From Macrostomum lignano (Eukaryota): a stretch of 64,000 bases of DNA. The notes under the pieces are model-generated. The model had not been told where the DNA came from. It was given only the letters and a program-made list of their open reading frames with translations, and searched no databases. The position numbers and the translations under genes are program-made. Where the stretch lies: contig NIVC01000578.1 of the NCBI GenBank assembly GCA_002269645.1, positions 510,549 through 574,548 of the forward strand, given 5' to 3'. Shown here piece after piece: positions 1 through 11,381 of this stretch; position 1 is the stretch's first letter; every line of letters starts with the position of its first letter.

Positions 1-1548
1 TGTAGGTACGCGTCAGTTTTGTTTTAAACAGCTTTCCCGGCTTTTGATTTGCTGTGACGAGACGGGACCTGCATGCGAGCCTGCTGACTGCTGATTGGCC
101 TGCAGCCGATACTGGAATTCGACTGGAGTTTCCATTCTGTTCGAGCTTAAGTGTGCGAGACAGACTATTTCGATAACCAATAATTGCGCACGTAGAAATG
201 TCAAATCATGAGAAAATTACGGAATAGTACATGTACTTTGACTGCATTTATCCCAACTTGAGTCTAAGAGAAGCAAGGATAATCTGCATCGCTCGACTGT
301 CAGATAGCAATACAAAGTGTGTGATGAATCACGTCAACTCTGATAGTTAAGTTGGAATGTAACGAAATGCTTCAGCAACTGCTTTGTGAGTGCGCGCGTC
401 TGTATAGATTAAATAAGCTCGCGATGAACATTAATAGTGCAGGTTGTGGCAGAAGTTGAGCTGCTGTCATTCGTCGAGCTTGCATGGTTGCTTCTCATTT
501 ATTTTGTCGGGGCGATTGGGAGAGCGCGCCATTTTCTCATGGGAGATCATGCTGGAAGAGTTTGGTTGCCAAGGGTCGGACGGTCCCCTCAGCTCTGCCT
601 CCTCTCGTGATGCCCTCTAGTCAAGTAGTTAAGATGACAAACGTCCTTAAGACAGCTCGGACTACTTACCTGTAAGTGCTTTTTACATATTCTTGGATGC
701 GATCCTTGAGAATAAAATTTTCTAAGCACCCTGCTGCAAAAACGATGCTTTTAATGTATGAGCAACACCTGCCTTGAATCTGGAGCCGAGATCGTGTAGA
801 TCTACACGATTTTTAAGTGTTGCGTCTTTTACATCTGTGCTGTATTTGTAAATGAATCCAAGCTAGTGGAGGAGGCAATCTTCAGGTGCAAATTACAATA
901 ACCGGATCGATATTATGGCATGCTCCTCCGAAGCAATGTATCCGCTTCAATTCCAGACAAATAACAAATAAAATGAAAACATAATTCTCACTACACTACT
1001 ATGAGCAGAGATAATTCCTTGACCGCTATTTTAATAACAAAAAGGCCGATAAAACTGCAGCATATTGTGCGGCGCAGCACAGCTGAGCACTAAACTCAGC
1101 ATGGCGTGACTGGGCTGCACCGAACACAGGCCGGCCGCAATCCATTCCTTCCAGCCAGCTGTCTGAACTTGGCAGTTAAATAAAGTTAAATGTCAGAGCC
1201 GCCCAGCATAGCTGCTAAGTGCACCGGGGGTAGCAAAAGTGCTCACTCACTCCGCACAGTATGGACTCGTGCACTCCAATGGCCTGGCAAACTGCCTGAG
1301 ATGTCCGATATGGACTGTCTGAATCTCTTCTGGTGTCTCTTCCGGATTCTTTCAGTCTTGCTCCCACATCTACCATCTTTTCTTCTTCCTGACTCCCAGG
1401 TTTCTGTTTATTACTCCCATACACTTTACAATGTGTACATGTATCTCTCTCTTCCTGATTCCCCTGGCTCTCTCCCTGACTCCCCTATTAATCTCCCTGA
1501 TTCCCCCCTCAATCTCCTTGGTTCTCCTCCAAATCTTTCCTGATTTCC

Positions 1549-1800
1549 TTCTCAATCTCCATTATTCCCTTCTCAACTTCTGGATTCCCCTCTCAATCTC
1601 CATTATTCCCTTCTCAACTTCTTGATTCCCCTCTCAATCTCCATTATTCCCTTCTCAACTTCTGGATTCCCCTCTCAATCTCCATTATTCCCTTCTCAAC
1701 TTCTGGATTCCCCTCTCAATCTCCATTATTCCCTTCTCAACTTCTGGATTCCCCTCTCAATATCCATTATTCCCTTCTCAATTTTCTGATTTCCCTATCA
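1549..1800. repeat. 41-bp minisatellite (~6 copies) preceded by degenerate ~21-bp units
   Basis: Unit TCTCAATCTCCATTATTCCCTTCTCAACTTCTGGATTCCCC, period 41 read from consecutive copies. Confidence 0.85.
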
Positions 1801-2762
1801 ATCTTCCTGATTCCCCTCTCAATCTCCCTGACCCCACACCTCGCCTCAAATGAACTCCAAGAAAGCCTACATGCAACATTAATTAAGTACACAATAAACT
1901 TTGCGCAAATTTCAAATTCAATGATGTATGATTCAATAAAGCATATTAGATTTACTCAGACAGAATCTGAAACTGATTTAATTGTTACAGACGGCGGTAA
2001 AACATGGTGCACACGATAGGCAGGCGGAAGCCGATTTGTACAATGTACAATGCCACTTAACAGTATGGAATTTGTACAGAACAGTCTCCTTATCAGTGTC
2101 ATGATGGCGAACAAGGCTAAACCCAAATTATAAGCGGATATACAATTAGCAGAGGCGAGCACAGTGAGTAGCGGGTCTGGCAGGTCCGAACAGCAATCAA
2201 CGGAAGCGGGATCAGGATTAACTTAATTAGGTCTATCTATAATTATAGGATGAAGCAGTCGGTGAAACTCTGGATGAGCGGCAGGCAGCGAGGCGGTCAG
2301 ACTTGGCGGTTTAACCACGTCCGAGTAAGGCAGAGAAAAATATCGATAACTACTGTTAGTAATATTTGATTCTACTGCCGCAGTCGCACAGCATGCAATC
2401 AACAGTTCTCTGTCACTGACGATGTGTGCAGCAGCATTAAGCGAAAAATAAATGAAAACAGAAGACAGAAAGAAACGGACAGAAGCAGACATGCAGGTGG
2501 CTGGCTGGACCGGTGCTCCTACTGGTGAGGGTTAAAACTTTAAAACAGAAAAATAACAATTAAAACGTGAGGAGTCTCTAGGAGATGAAAGATGTGGAGA
2601 CGCGATCGAAATGGGGGACAGGCAGGGGGGTCAGAGGAGGCAGGGGGGTCAGAGGGAGTGGCGAAGGCCGAATCATTCGAGTAGCTTTAAATACTGCCGT
2701 TCTAGCAGCATTGGTGTGAACAAAACGATTGTCAGAGAGGCGCAGAAGCTAGCAGCAGACCT

Positions 2763-2890
2763 TTATTGAATAGATTAGCAATCCATTCTATTCTTTGACT
2801 TATTAAATAGATTAGCAATCCATTCTCTGACTTATTGAATAGATTAGCAATCCATTCTATTCTTTGACTTACTGAATAGATTAGCAATCC
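2763..2890. repeat. 37-bp tandem repeat (~4 copies, one shortened)
   Basis: Unit TTATTGAATAGATTAGCAATCCATTCTATTCTTTGAC. Confidence 0.8.
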
Positions 2891-3040
2891 AATATTTACA
2901 ATACTTATGAAGCAGACTACCGATACACCTCAATCGCGAAGCAGACTAGCAATCCATCAGATCCCCATGTCCGAGTGCCCAGCAGTAATCAATAAAGCAG
3001 ACACTGCCAGAAGCGCGAGGGGTCCAACTCGCCCAGTCCT

Positions 3041-6000
3041 TCAGCCCGCATCCGCGGCAGAGGCCGCCGAAGCCTCGTCGTGTTTATTCAGCGCCAGCGC
3101 CAAATCTGACAAAAATCGGCGCACAGCCTGCGGCGAGCCGCGCGCCACGGCGGCCGCCAGACCGTCGGGCGTCAGCAGAGGCGCCAGCGCGAGCCACTGG
3201 CGGAACAGCAGCGCCAGCAGCAGCGCGGCCACGCAGATGATGACAAACGGCCGGCTGCGCAGGAAGCCCAGCAGCCACAGCAGCAGGTTGATGAGGCAGG
3301 AGGCTGCAACGAAGCCGTAGGACAGCAGCGCCACCAGCAGGTTCAGCATCCGAGTGCCGGTGGTGGCGGCAGAGTCCGGCCGGCTGTGCGGGCAGGCGCC
3401 GGGGCCCTGGAGGTCGCGGGACAGCACGGCGATCTTGTTGTTCATGTCGTCAATCTGCTGGTCGACCAGCATCAGCTTGTTGAACTCCTTGGACAGGTTG
3501 GTGAGGAACACCTTCATCTTCTCCAGCTCCTTCTGGTTGTCGTCCAGGCTGGCCGACAGCTCCTGGATTGGGGGGGGGGGCGTGCATGCTTGGGCGCAAC
3601 CTAGAGATTCACCCGGCCGTTTCTATTGGCAACACACTCATGTAAGTCGCTATTGGACGGAATAGTAGTCACGTGACTGCTCTCAGCCAATAGCGACTTA
3701 CATGTGTGTGTTGCCAATAGAAACGGCCGAGTGATTCCCAAGGTTGCGCATGTATGGGGGCGTGTGGGCAAGGGGTGCTTGCACTGGACTCACCGACTCC
3801 TTCAACACATCCACAGACTAAGTCATCCTATTTACTGACTCCGTCGTCCCATTTACTGACTCAGTCATCTCATTCACTGACTCAAGTCATCTCATTCACT
3901 GACTCAAGTCATCTCATTCACTGACTCAAGTAATCTCATTCACTGACTCAAGTCATCTCATTCACTGGCTTATTCATCTCATTCACTGACTCAGTCATCT
4001 CATTCACTGACTCAAGTCATCTCATTCACTGGCTTATTCATCTCATTCACTGGCTGGGCCGGCCAATTACCTGCTGGTCATATCTCAGCTTATGGATTTC
4101 CGAGTCCACCAGCTTGTGAATATCGCCAGCTTCGTCCTGCAGTCGGTTGCGCACAATGTCCAGCTCGTCGGTGAGGGCCCGCCGCTGCTCCTGCAGCAGG
4201 TGCTCGAAGTGCTCGCGCAAGGACTCGGTTTGATCGCAGCTGACAGCCGGGGCAGCCGGAGACGTAGACGCGGCGGCAGCAGCAGCCGCAGCGGCCGCCT
4301 CGCTGGCCGACAAGAAGCGGGCGGACTCGCTGCTGACGGAGGACGAGGCGCGGCTCTTGGGCGGCCGGTAGGAGCGGCTGGTGGTGGACCGGGGACCGCC
4401 GCCGCCGGTGACGCCCAGGCCGAAGGTGACTGGCGGGCCGCCGCCAGCTTTCTGCCCGAGCCGGCTGGCCTCTTCGTCAGACAGGCTGGTCTTCTTGCCA
4501 GTGTTCGGCACCTCCGACGAGGACACGGTGAGCACAGACTCCGCTCCCGACTGCTGCTGCTGCTGCTGCGAGAAAAGCGGCGGCGGCGGAGCGGCTCCGT
4601 GCTCCAGCGACTGAGACTTCTTCTGTGGGCTGCCGACGCTCGGCCGCTCGATGCCGACCCCGCTGACGCTGCCGGGCCCGCCGCTGCCGCCGCCTGCTGG
4701 AACGCTGGCCGCCGCCGCGCCGCCAACCAGCAGGTCGCCGGATGAGGCCGTCTTGGCCTTCAGCAGGTTGGGCATTTGCAGCAGGCGGTGCTTCTTGGCG
4801 TCTTTCTTCTTCAGCTGACGCACATAGTCGTCTGGCACCACCTGGCGGGTGCGGCGGAGGTGATGAGCTGAAAATCTTCAACTACTCGAATCCCAGCCTT
4901 TCCTTAGCTAGCAACTCAAACTACTCGAATCCCAGCCTTTCCTTAGCTAGCAACTCAAACTACTCGAATCCCAGCCTTTCCTTAGCTAGCAACTCAAACT
5001 ACTCGAATCCCAGCCTTTCCTTAGCTAGCAACTCAAACTACTCGAATCCCAGCCTTTCCTTAGCTAGCAACTCAAACTACTCGAATCCCAGCCTTTCCTT
5101 AGCTAGCAACTCAAACTACTCGAATCCCAGCCTTTCCTTAGCTAGCAACTCAAACTACTCGAATCCCAGCCTTTCCTTAGCTAGCAACTCAAACTACTCG
5201 AATCCCAACAACTCAAACTACTCGAATCCCAGTCTTTCCTTCGCAACTCAAACTACTCGAATCCCAGCCTTTCCTTAGCACCTCAAACTACTCGAATCCC
5301 AGCCTTTCCTTAGCAACTCAAACTACTCGAATCCCAGCCTTTCCTTAGCAACTAAAACTACTTGAATCCCAACAGCTTAAACTACTTGAATCCCAACAGC
5401 TTAAACTACTTGAATCCCAACAGCTTAAACTACTTGAATCCCAACAACTCAAAGTACTTGACTCTCAGCCTGTCTTAAGCAACTAAATTTACTCAAACTG
5501 GCTACCTCAACCAGGCCAGTAGATCACACACCTGCTTTGGAATTCCGTGAGCCTTCAGCTCGTTGAGCTTGAACTCGAGTTTCTGGATATTCTTCTGAAT
5601 GTTCTGCGTCCTGGTGGTGAACTCGCCCTGCTCCCGCTGCAGCCGCCGCTTCGTCTGCTCCTGCTTGGTTGAGTCCTGGCCGAACTTATTCAACTCCTCA
5701 ATGGCCTTGGAGGTCTGTGACTCCCTGTGCATCTGCTCATCCACCAGGTTGCGCCTGTACTCGCGAATCTTGTCCTCCAGGATCTTGATGTACTTTTGTG
5801 TGGCCTCCAGATTTACATTATCTTGAGTCATGTAGGCCGATGATGAGGCGCCCACCTGGGACAGCTGCTGCTGGCTATTTGGCCCTGCAGCCGATCCAGA
5901 CTCTGACAGCTTCATCGGGCCAAGGGTTTTCGACTTGCCCCGATCAACTGTATCCTTGCCATTCATGACATGAATGGTAGGGTCGCAGTGGGCAAAACCT

Positions 6001-6065
6001 ATGATCTTTGTATAGTTCTGGTTACTGGGCAGGTGCTGATTTATTAAATCATATAATCTTGCCAT
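3041..6065 (-). CDS. TMCC/TEX28-family transmembrane and coiled-coil protein, ~608 aa; exons complement(join(3041..3562,4071..4841,5532..6065))
   Basis: Three ORF-track segments join in phase 0 through GT-AG introns (CAG|GTGTGT at 5531, CAG|GTG at 4841, CAG|GTAATT at 4070, polyC-ATCCAG|GAG at 3562). The N-terminal coiled coil ending LEFKLNELKAHGIP resembles the TMCC ..KLREVEQNGIP motif. A second coiled coil and a C-terminal hydrophobic hairpin (LLVALLSYGF...IICVAALLLALLF) follow. Confidence 0.8.
3594..3749. repeat. Near-perfect palindrome (~156 bp; probable foldback MITE) in TMCC-like intron 2
   Basis: GCGCAACC..GGCCGTTTCTATTGGCAACACACTCATGTAAGTCGCTATTGG / CCAATAGCGACTTACATGTGTGTGTTGCCAATAGAAACGGCC..GGTTGCGC around a central GTCACGTGAC. 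Confidence 0.85.
3858..4055. repeat. 21-22-bp minisatellite in TMCC-like intron 2
   Basis: Unit CATTCACTGACTCAAGTCATCT and variants. Confidence 0.85.
4879..5460. repeat. 39-bp minisatellite (shortening to 35- and ~23-bp variants) filling TMCC-like intron 1
   Basis: Unit AACTACTCGAATCCCAGCCTTTCCTTAGCTAGCAACTCA. Confidence 0.9.
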
Positions 6066-6165
6066 GAGAAATGCTATTGCAATGGCTTAATTTATTAGAA
6101 CTAAGTTTAAATTAACCTGCAAAATAAGGCATCAATAATTTTTTAAGTATCCTAGGCATATAAGC

Positions 6166-6525
6166 AGGGGGGCTGTAGCCCAGCCGTAGCGCAGCTGCTC
6201 TGGTATGCCAGCGACCCAGGCTCGATTCCAAGTGCAGTCACATTAATTTGGGGCTGAATTGGAATCTCGGCTTGGCTCTGCTCGTGCAATTAACGGCCTT
6301 GAGAGCCAACCCCCCAAGGCGCAGTGAAGTGTACATGCCTAACAATAATATAAAGTTAGGGCCGCTGTACACTCCTGTGTGTGTGCCTGAGTATGTATCC
6401 ACGCGCTTTTATGCCTGCTCAGGGGAGTCGGCGGAATGGGCAGCAATGCCTCTCACTGGTTGTGTGCCTATGTCGCTTAAAGTGCGCCAGGGTGCACACA
6501 ACCCCCCTGCCTCTAATAAAAAAAA
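6166..6525 (+). mobile_element. tRNA-derived SINE, copy 1 (~360 bp)
   Basis: tRNA-like head GGGGCTGTAGCCCAG..GGCTCGATTCC (Pol III A/B box-like), A-rich tail, 13-bp TSD TAGGCATATAAGC (6153..6165 and 6526..6538). Homologous to 28546..28909 on the minus strand. Confidence 0.85.
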
Positions 6526-9500
6526 TAGGCATATAAGCTTAAGTTGATAGACCCCTTATATATATCACTAGTGTTACCCCTGTTATTATTAATACAATCC
6601 TTAAAATAGTCAAAAACTCTTCAAGTATATTATACAAACTGCAGTTAAAACATATAAGTTAAAATGTGTCATTTCTTTGCAATAGACATTTAAGCCAACT
6701 CCAATGCTTACATTTACAATCTATATTTAACCATTATTTTCTGGCATAAAGGCCACCTTCTAGACTATGATTTATAACTATGGATTCTAATCCTACTTGG
6801 AATTAGACTAGATCAATTTGTTTTTAGGTAAGACATTTAAATCTTTAATAAAATAGGTATTAGCATTAGCTAGGCAATCAAAGCTATACATAATGACCTT
6901 CTAACAAAAGTTTTTGGACAAATCAGTGATATACAACCTTCAAAATGCATCAAAATAATTATTGGTCATATATTAGGCCAAGTATCATAAAAATATTAGT
7001 ACTAATTTAATAATATTATTACTAATTAAATTTAAATGAATACAAGGGGCTTCAACACAAGGGGCTTTAGCACAATGGGCTTTTGCACCAGAGGCTTTAG
7101 CACTAGGGGCTATTTTTTGGCTATGCAAGGGATAAATAATAAATTAATATTTTTCTAGTTGATATTTAACATGGTATCCTAGGCTAGGCAAATTATAGGC
7201 CTAGTCTATTTTCTATCTTAGGCTTTTCTAGTTCCACCAGTGAATGAGCCAAGCCCAGCGCCGCCAAAGATGCCATCAAGCAAGAGCTAGGGGCCGAGGG
7301 CAAGTGAATAATTTCTACCCATGGCAGCCAAAGGCCAACATGGGCTAGAAAGTATTTACAAGTAAATAAGTTAGATTGCAATGCATTTTGAAATTTCACA
7401 TTTTTTTGCCAAAAAAGAGCTCTTGTTTTGCAACCTGCACTAAATTGAGTTAAGTGAGGTGTTGATTGATAGAAAACTTTTAAATCTATTGAATGAATAT
7501 ACTTTTAAGTGCAGAGATTTTTATTCTAAGCTGTAAATTAACTAGAAAGACAATTTTTTTCAAAAGTGCTTCTAGGGGATTTCAAAATTCTAGTACACTT
7601 TATAAGATACGGCTTTGACATCTACAGATCAAAGTTGTCGAACTAAATTTCCTACAAAATGGTATATGGCACTTTAATTTATTTTGGCATCTTTATGCAG
7701 TTTTGTTTTTTGTGTAAAAATGACCCTCATTTTATTATTTTGCAACTTTTTCCTAGAAAGCTTTTTGAGTTTGGGATTCAAATTAGTGCAATTGGATGTG
7801 CAATGCAAAAATCTACAAGTGTCTAAAGTTTTGTTTTCCTACGATTCTGCAGTGCTAAGAAAATCAACAAAATTGCTTTTTAAAAAAATCACACAACTTT
7901 TGCACTATTGCTCATTATAATTTTGAAAACATGGTGTACATAAACAAATTTTGATTTTCTATAGCATAGTTGCTGTACTATATTGGTTTAAATTGCCACT
8001 GTCTAATTTTGTTGCTTTCAGGTTTAAAAATTGATCAGAAATCAATAATTTGTGATTTTTGGCTAATTAGATGCCCAAAAAATAGATGATTAAAACTTTA
8101 AAAGAATGGTAGATCAAAGGCAGATGCTGCAGCAAGTTGTACTAATGTCTGGCTAAAATTGACCAAGTTTTTGAGTGGCTGCACCAAATGCTCATGTGTC
8201 AAAAGTGATTGGAAATTGATCAAAGTAGTGACTTTTTAATATTTTGCTTGAAATCAGGCAAAAACGCAATAGGACAGCATTATTTTTATGACAGCTGATT
8301 TCCCATAAAACGAGGCATATTTGTGTGCAATTTCTAGAGATTTGGTTCATTGGGTAAAACATTATCAATAAAAAAACTGAAAACTTGATTTTTTTACTCT
8401 TATGTTAGTTCTGGGGCTATTTAAACTGGAAATGTAAGGAATTTGCACTGAAACCAATGCACAGTGTTCCATATAGTTAATTTAACATATTTCTTGAGTT
8501 TCAACACCATTTAATGTTCTTTTCAGGTAAAAAATGACTTTTTAGCACCAAAATTCATTAGATTAATCTGTATACCACTTTGCATTTGCTTGCGGTTGCA
8601 ATTGTGATTGCTTTGGCATTGGGCCTTGCTAATCAAACAATGTAAAAGAGGCCTATAAATCAATTTTATATTAAAATATTCAACTTTAAAAGTAAAATCA
8701 GCTTTCTTTATAACCTATATCACTTTTTATATTAGTTTTAACTGTGGGGTAGGGGATAGGAGTTGTTGGTTATATTTGGTCCAATCATTTAAAATTGTCA
8801 TTTATAGCCTTAATTTGTTACATATTTTTATTCTGGCCTGCCACTTTAGCCCAGTCTTCCAATTAAGCCTGTTCTAAAAAAAGTTTGCTAATTCTAGCAC
8901 CTTGCACTAAGACATATAGACATTGCAAAGAGTACAAAGAGTATATAGAGTATGTATATATTAATAATTTAATAGCCCTAACTGCTGCCTAGGCATTGGC
9001 AATTCACACAACCAAACTGGTCTATCTATAAGTAAGCAAAGGACCAAAGGCAAAAGCAAAATGAATAACCAGTTATCTAAATGCCATACTTAGAAACATG
9101 GCAATTGTGTCTATAATACAAAAACTTATATATAGAAATGGTGGGCATATATTTAATAATGCTAATTAGTTCTAACATAGCTAGGCTGCCATGTCTAGGC
9201 CTATAATATTTAAGCTTATAGTCATGGGTCACATGGTGGCTATGGATATAGGCCATACAATATTGAATGTGGCTCATGCTAGAGACAGCGGCTATTTCAA
9301 TGAAGTCTGTGCAGTAGTGGAATGGGTGTTCGCACCTTCCCACTATGTCCCCCAAGACAGCCCTACAGAAGTCTATACATAGCCAGTAGCTATGTCATCA
9401 TTATTATTGTGCTTACATAACAAACGTGCCTATAAGGATTACAGTCATTTTGGTAACAATCAAAGGTCATTTTAGTATAGGCCTAACAAGAAAAAATAGA

Positions 9501-10100
9501 AAAAATGAAGTATATCTATCATAAAAGCAATTTGTCACCAAAACAACTATTTGTCACTGAAACGTCTGTTATAAAAATGACTTGCAACCAAAATGTATAG
9601 TACCTGCCTATAAGCTAAGCTATAAGCATAACATTATAGACTCACTAAGACACAGGCCACGGCTATTGTTTCTCATAATTACTCAGTTATTTAAAGCTTA
9701 AAAGCTTGGAAAAAATTATTTACAAGTTTTACTAATAAAAAATCTACCTATTTTCTTCTCTTATAGTCTGCAGGGTTGATTTTATTTTGATAAGGCCTAA
9801 TATTTCTGCTGCTGATTGACTGGTTACTGGTCAGATCGTCATATTCCATTTCGTCATATCGGATAACGAAGTGACCAGAAGCAAAGTAGCTTGAAAAATA
9901 ATATGACAAAGTTACCAAATATTTAGTTATGCTGGATACTTCTTCATTAACCAATTAATCTATGTGAGATTTGAGTTAGTGTAGGGCCTAAACCACAATA
10001 TTTTGTTTTTATTAACTAGGCCTATAGGCCTAAAGCTGCAGCAAGCAGAACCAATTGGCAATTGATTGACAGGTTTTATCAATCGAGATGACAAAATCAT

Positions 10101-10403
10101 GGCAATGGCTAGAGTTCTGGCACCGGAACCCATTTTCTAGGCCCTAATGGCTACGGATCCAGCAGTGTCATTATAATATAGATGGAACATTATATTTTTC
10201 TTTCTACAGGTGGCTGATATTGAGATTTTGTTCTAGATTAAAATTTAAGACGATATGATAAGATTTGGGATGAGATGCTTCTAATAGGCCTATTCAGACT
10301 TCTTAAGATATGTTTTTAGCAGTCTTTATATGCTTCTATATGGCACTGCCGGATCCCTAGCTGTTAGAAAACGGGTTCCGGTGCCGGAACTCTAGCCATT
10401 ACC
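10101..10403. mobile_element. MITE with ~70-bp imperfect terminal inverted repeats
   Basis: GGCAATGGCTAGAGTTCTGGCACCGGAACCCATTTTCTA.. versus the reverse complement of ..TAGAAAACGGGTTCCGGTGCCGGAACTCTAGCCATTACC. No TSD identified. Confidence 0.7.
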
Positions 10404-10611
10404 CAAAAGGACTGGGATCATTTGGATTCCAAGTAAATATGTTGGATTGCCACGTTAATTCAATTGAAGTTGGAAATAATATGATTGGTGGATGATAAAA
10501 TGACTCTCTTTAGGTAGTGCATGCATGCTAATTAAGATGACGAAGTGACCATAGTCGAGGTGAGCACCCCAGACACCCAGATGATGAAATGGCAGATGAC
10601 GAAATGACTAG

Positions 10612-10879
10612 GGGCCTTTTCATATTACCAATTCCAGAACCAGAATCGGTTCGGAATTCCAAGAAAAACAGCAGTATACGCTCGTAACTATTAAACTCTG
10701 TTAATATTTGACTGCCTTAACAACCTAACTTAGCACAATTTTTCACTTTCTTCTTGACGATTGTCAATCAATAATAAAAACTTTATAGCACGTATCTCCC
10801 TCTAGTTATGGAGACAAAAAGTTATACTTCAAAAATTGGTTCTGGTTCTGGAACCAGAGCAAGCAATATGAAAAGGCCC
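10612..10879. mobile_element. MITE, possibly PIF/Harbinger-like
   Basis: TIRs GGGCCTTTTCATATT / AATATGAAAAGGCCC, TA-containing flanks, subterminal CCAGAACC repeats. Confidence 0.6.
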
Positions 10880-11381
10880 TATAGGATTAACCGATCGAGA
10901 TCGACTGAGAATCCAAATTTAACAAAATCATCCCTAGACCTATTTATCATGTTCAGTTAGTTCTACAAAGCACTAACGCAAACATATTTACTGTATTAAC
11001 TAATTTTTAAATTTTTCATGTTTAACACCCAAAAAATATTAAAAACAATTGTTTTACTGGGTTTTCAGCATTCAGTTGAATATTATTATTTTGAAAACAA
11101 TATTCATAGAAAACAAAGCGTTCATAGAAACCAACTGATTGGGCAGTAAGTGCAAGTGCTGCAAGTCTCAAATTATCTTTTTTTAAGTAAAGAGCTACAT
11201 CGAAAAATAGAACTTGTGTATAACCACTGCTATGCTGGGCACATTTCTTGCTTTTTAAATTTCAGCTGTTTTATCAATATTTGTATATCTCTATCACTAC
11301 TATCAGATTCATATTTGCAAACGAAATAGGGCCTAGCTAGCCGTCTACTAGACTAGAGTTATATATAGAAGCTAAAAAAGA

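Noticed and set aside
6168-6245. tRNA gene
   Set aside because: The head is tRNA-like but lacks a good cloverleaf and continues into a 290-bp body, A-tail and TSD, so it is a SINE.
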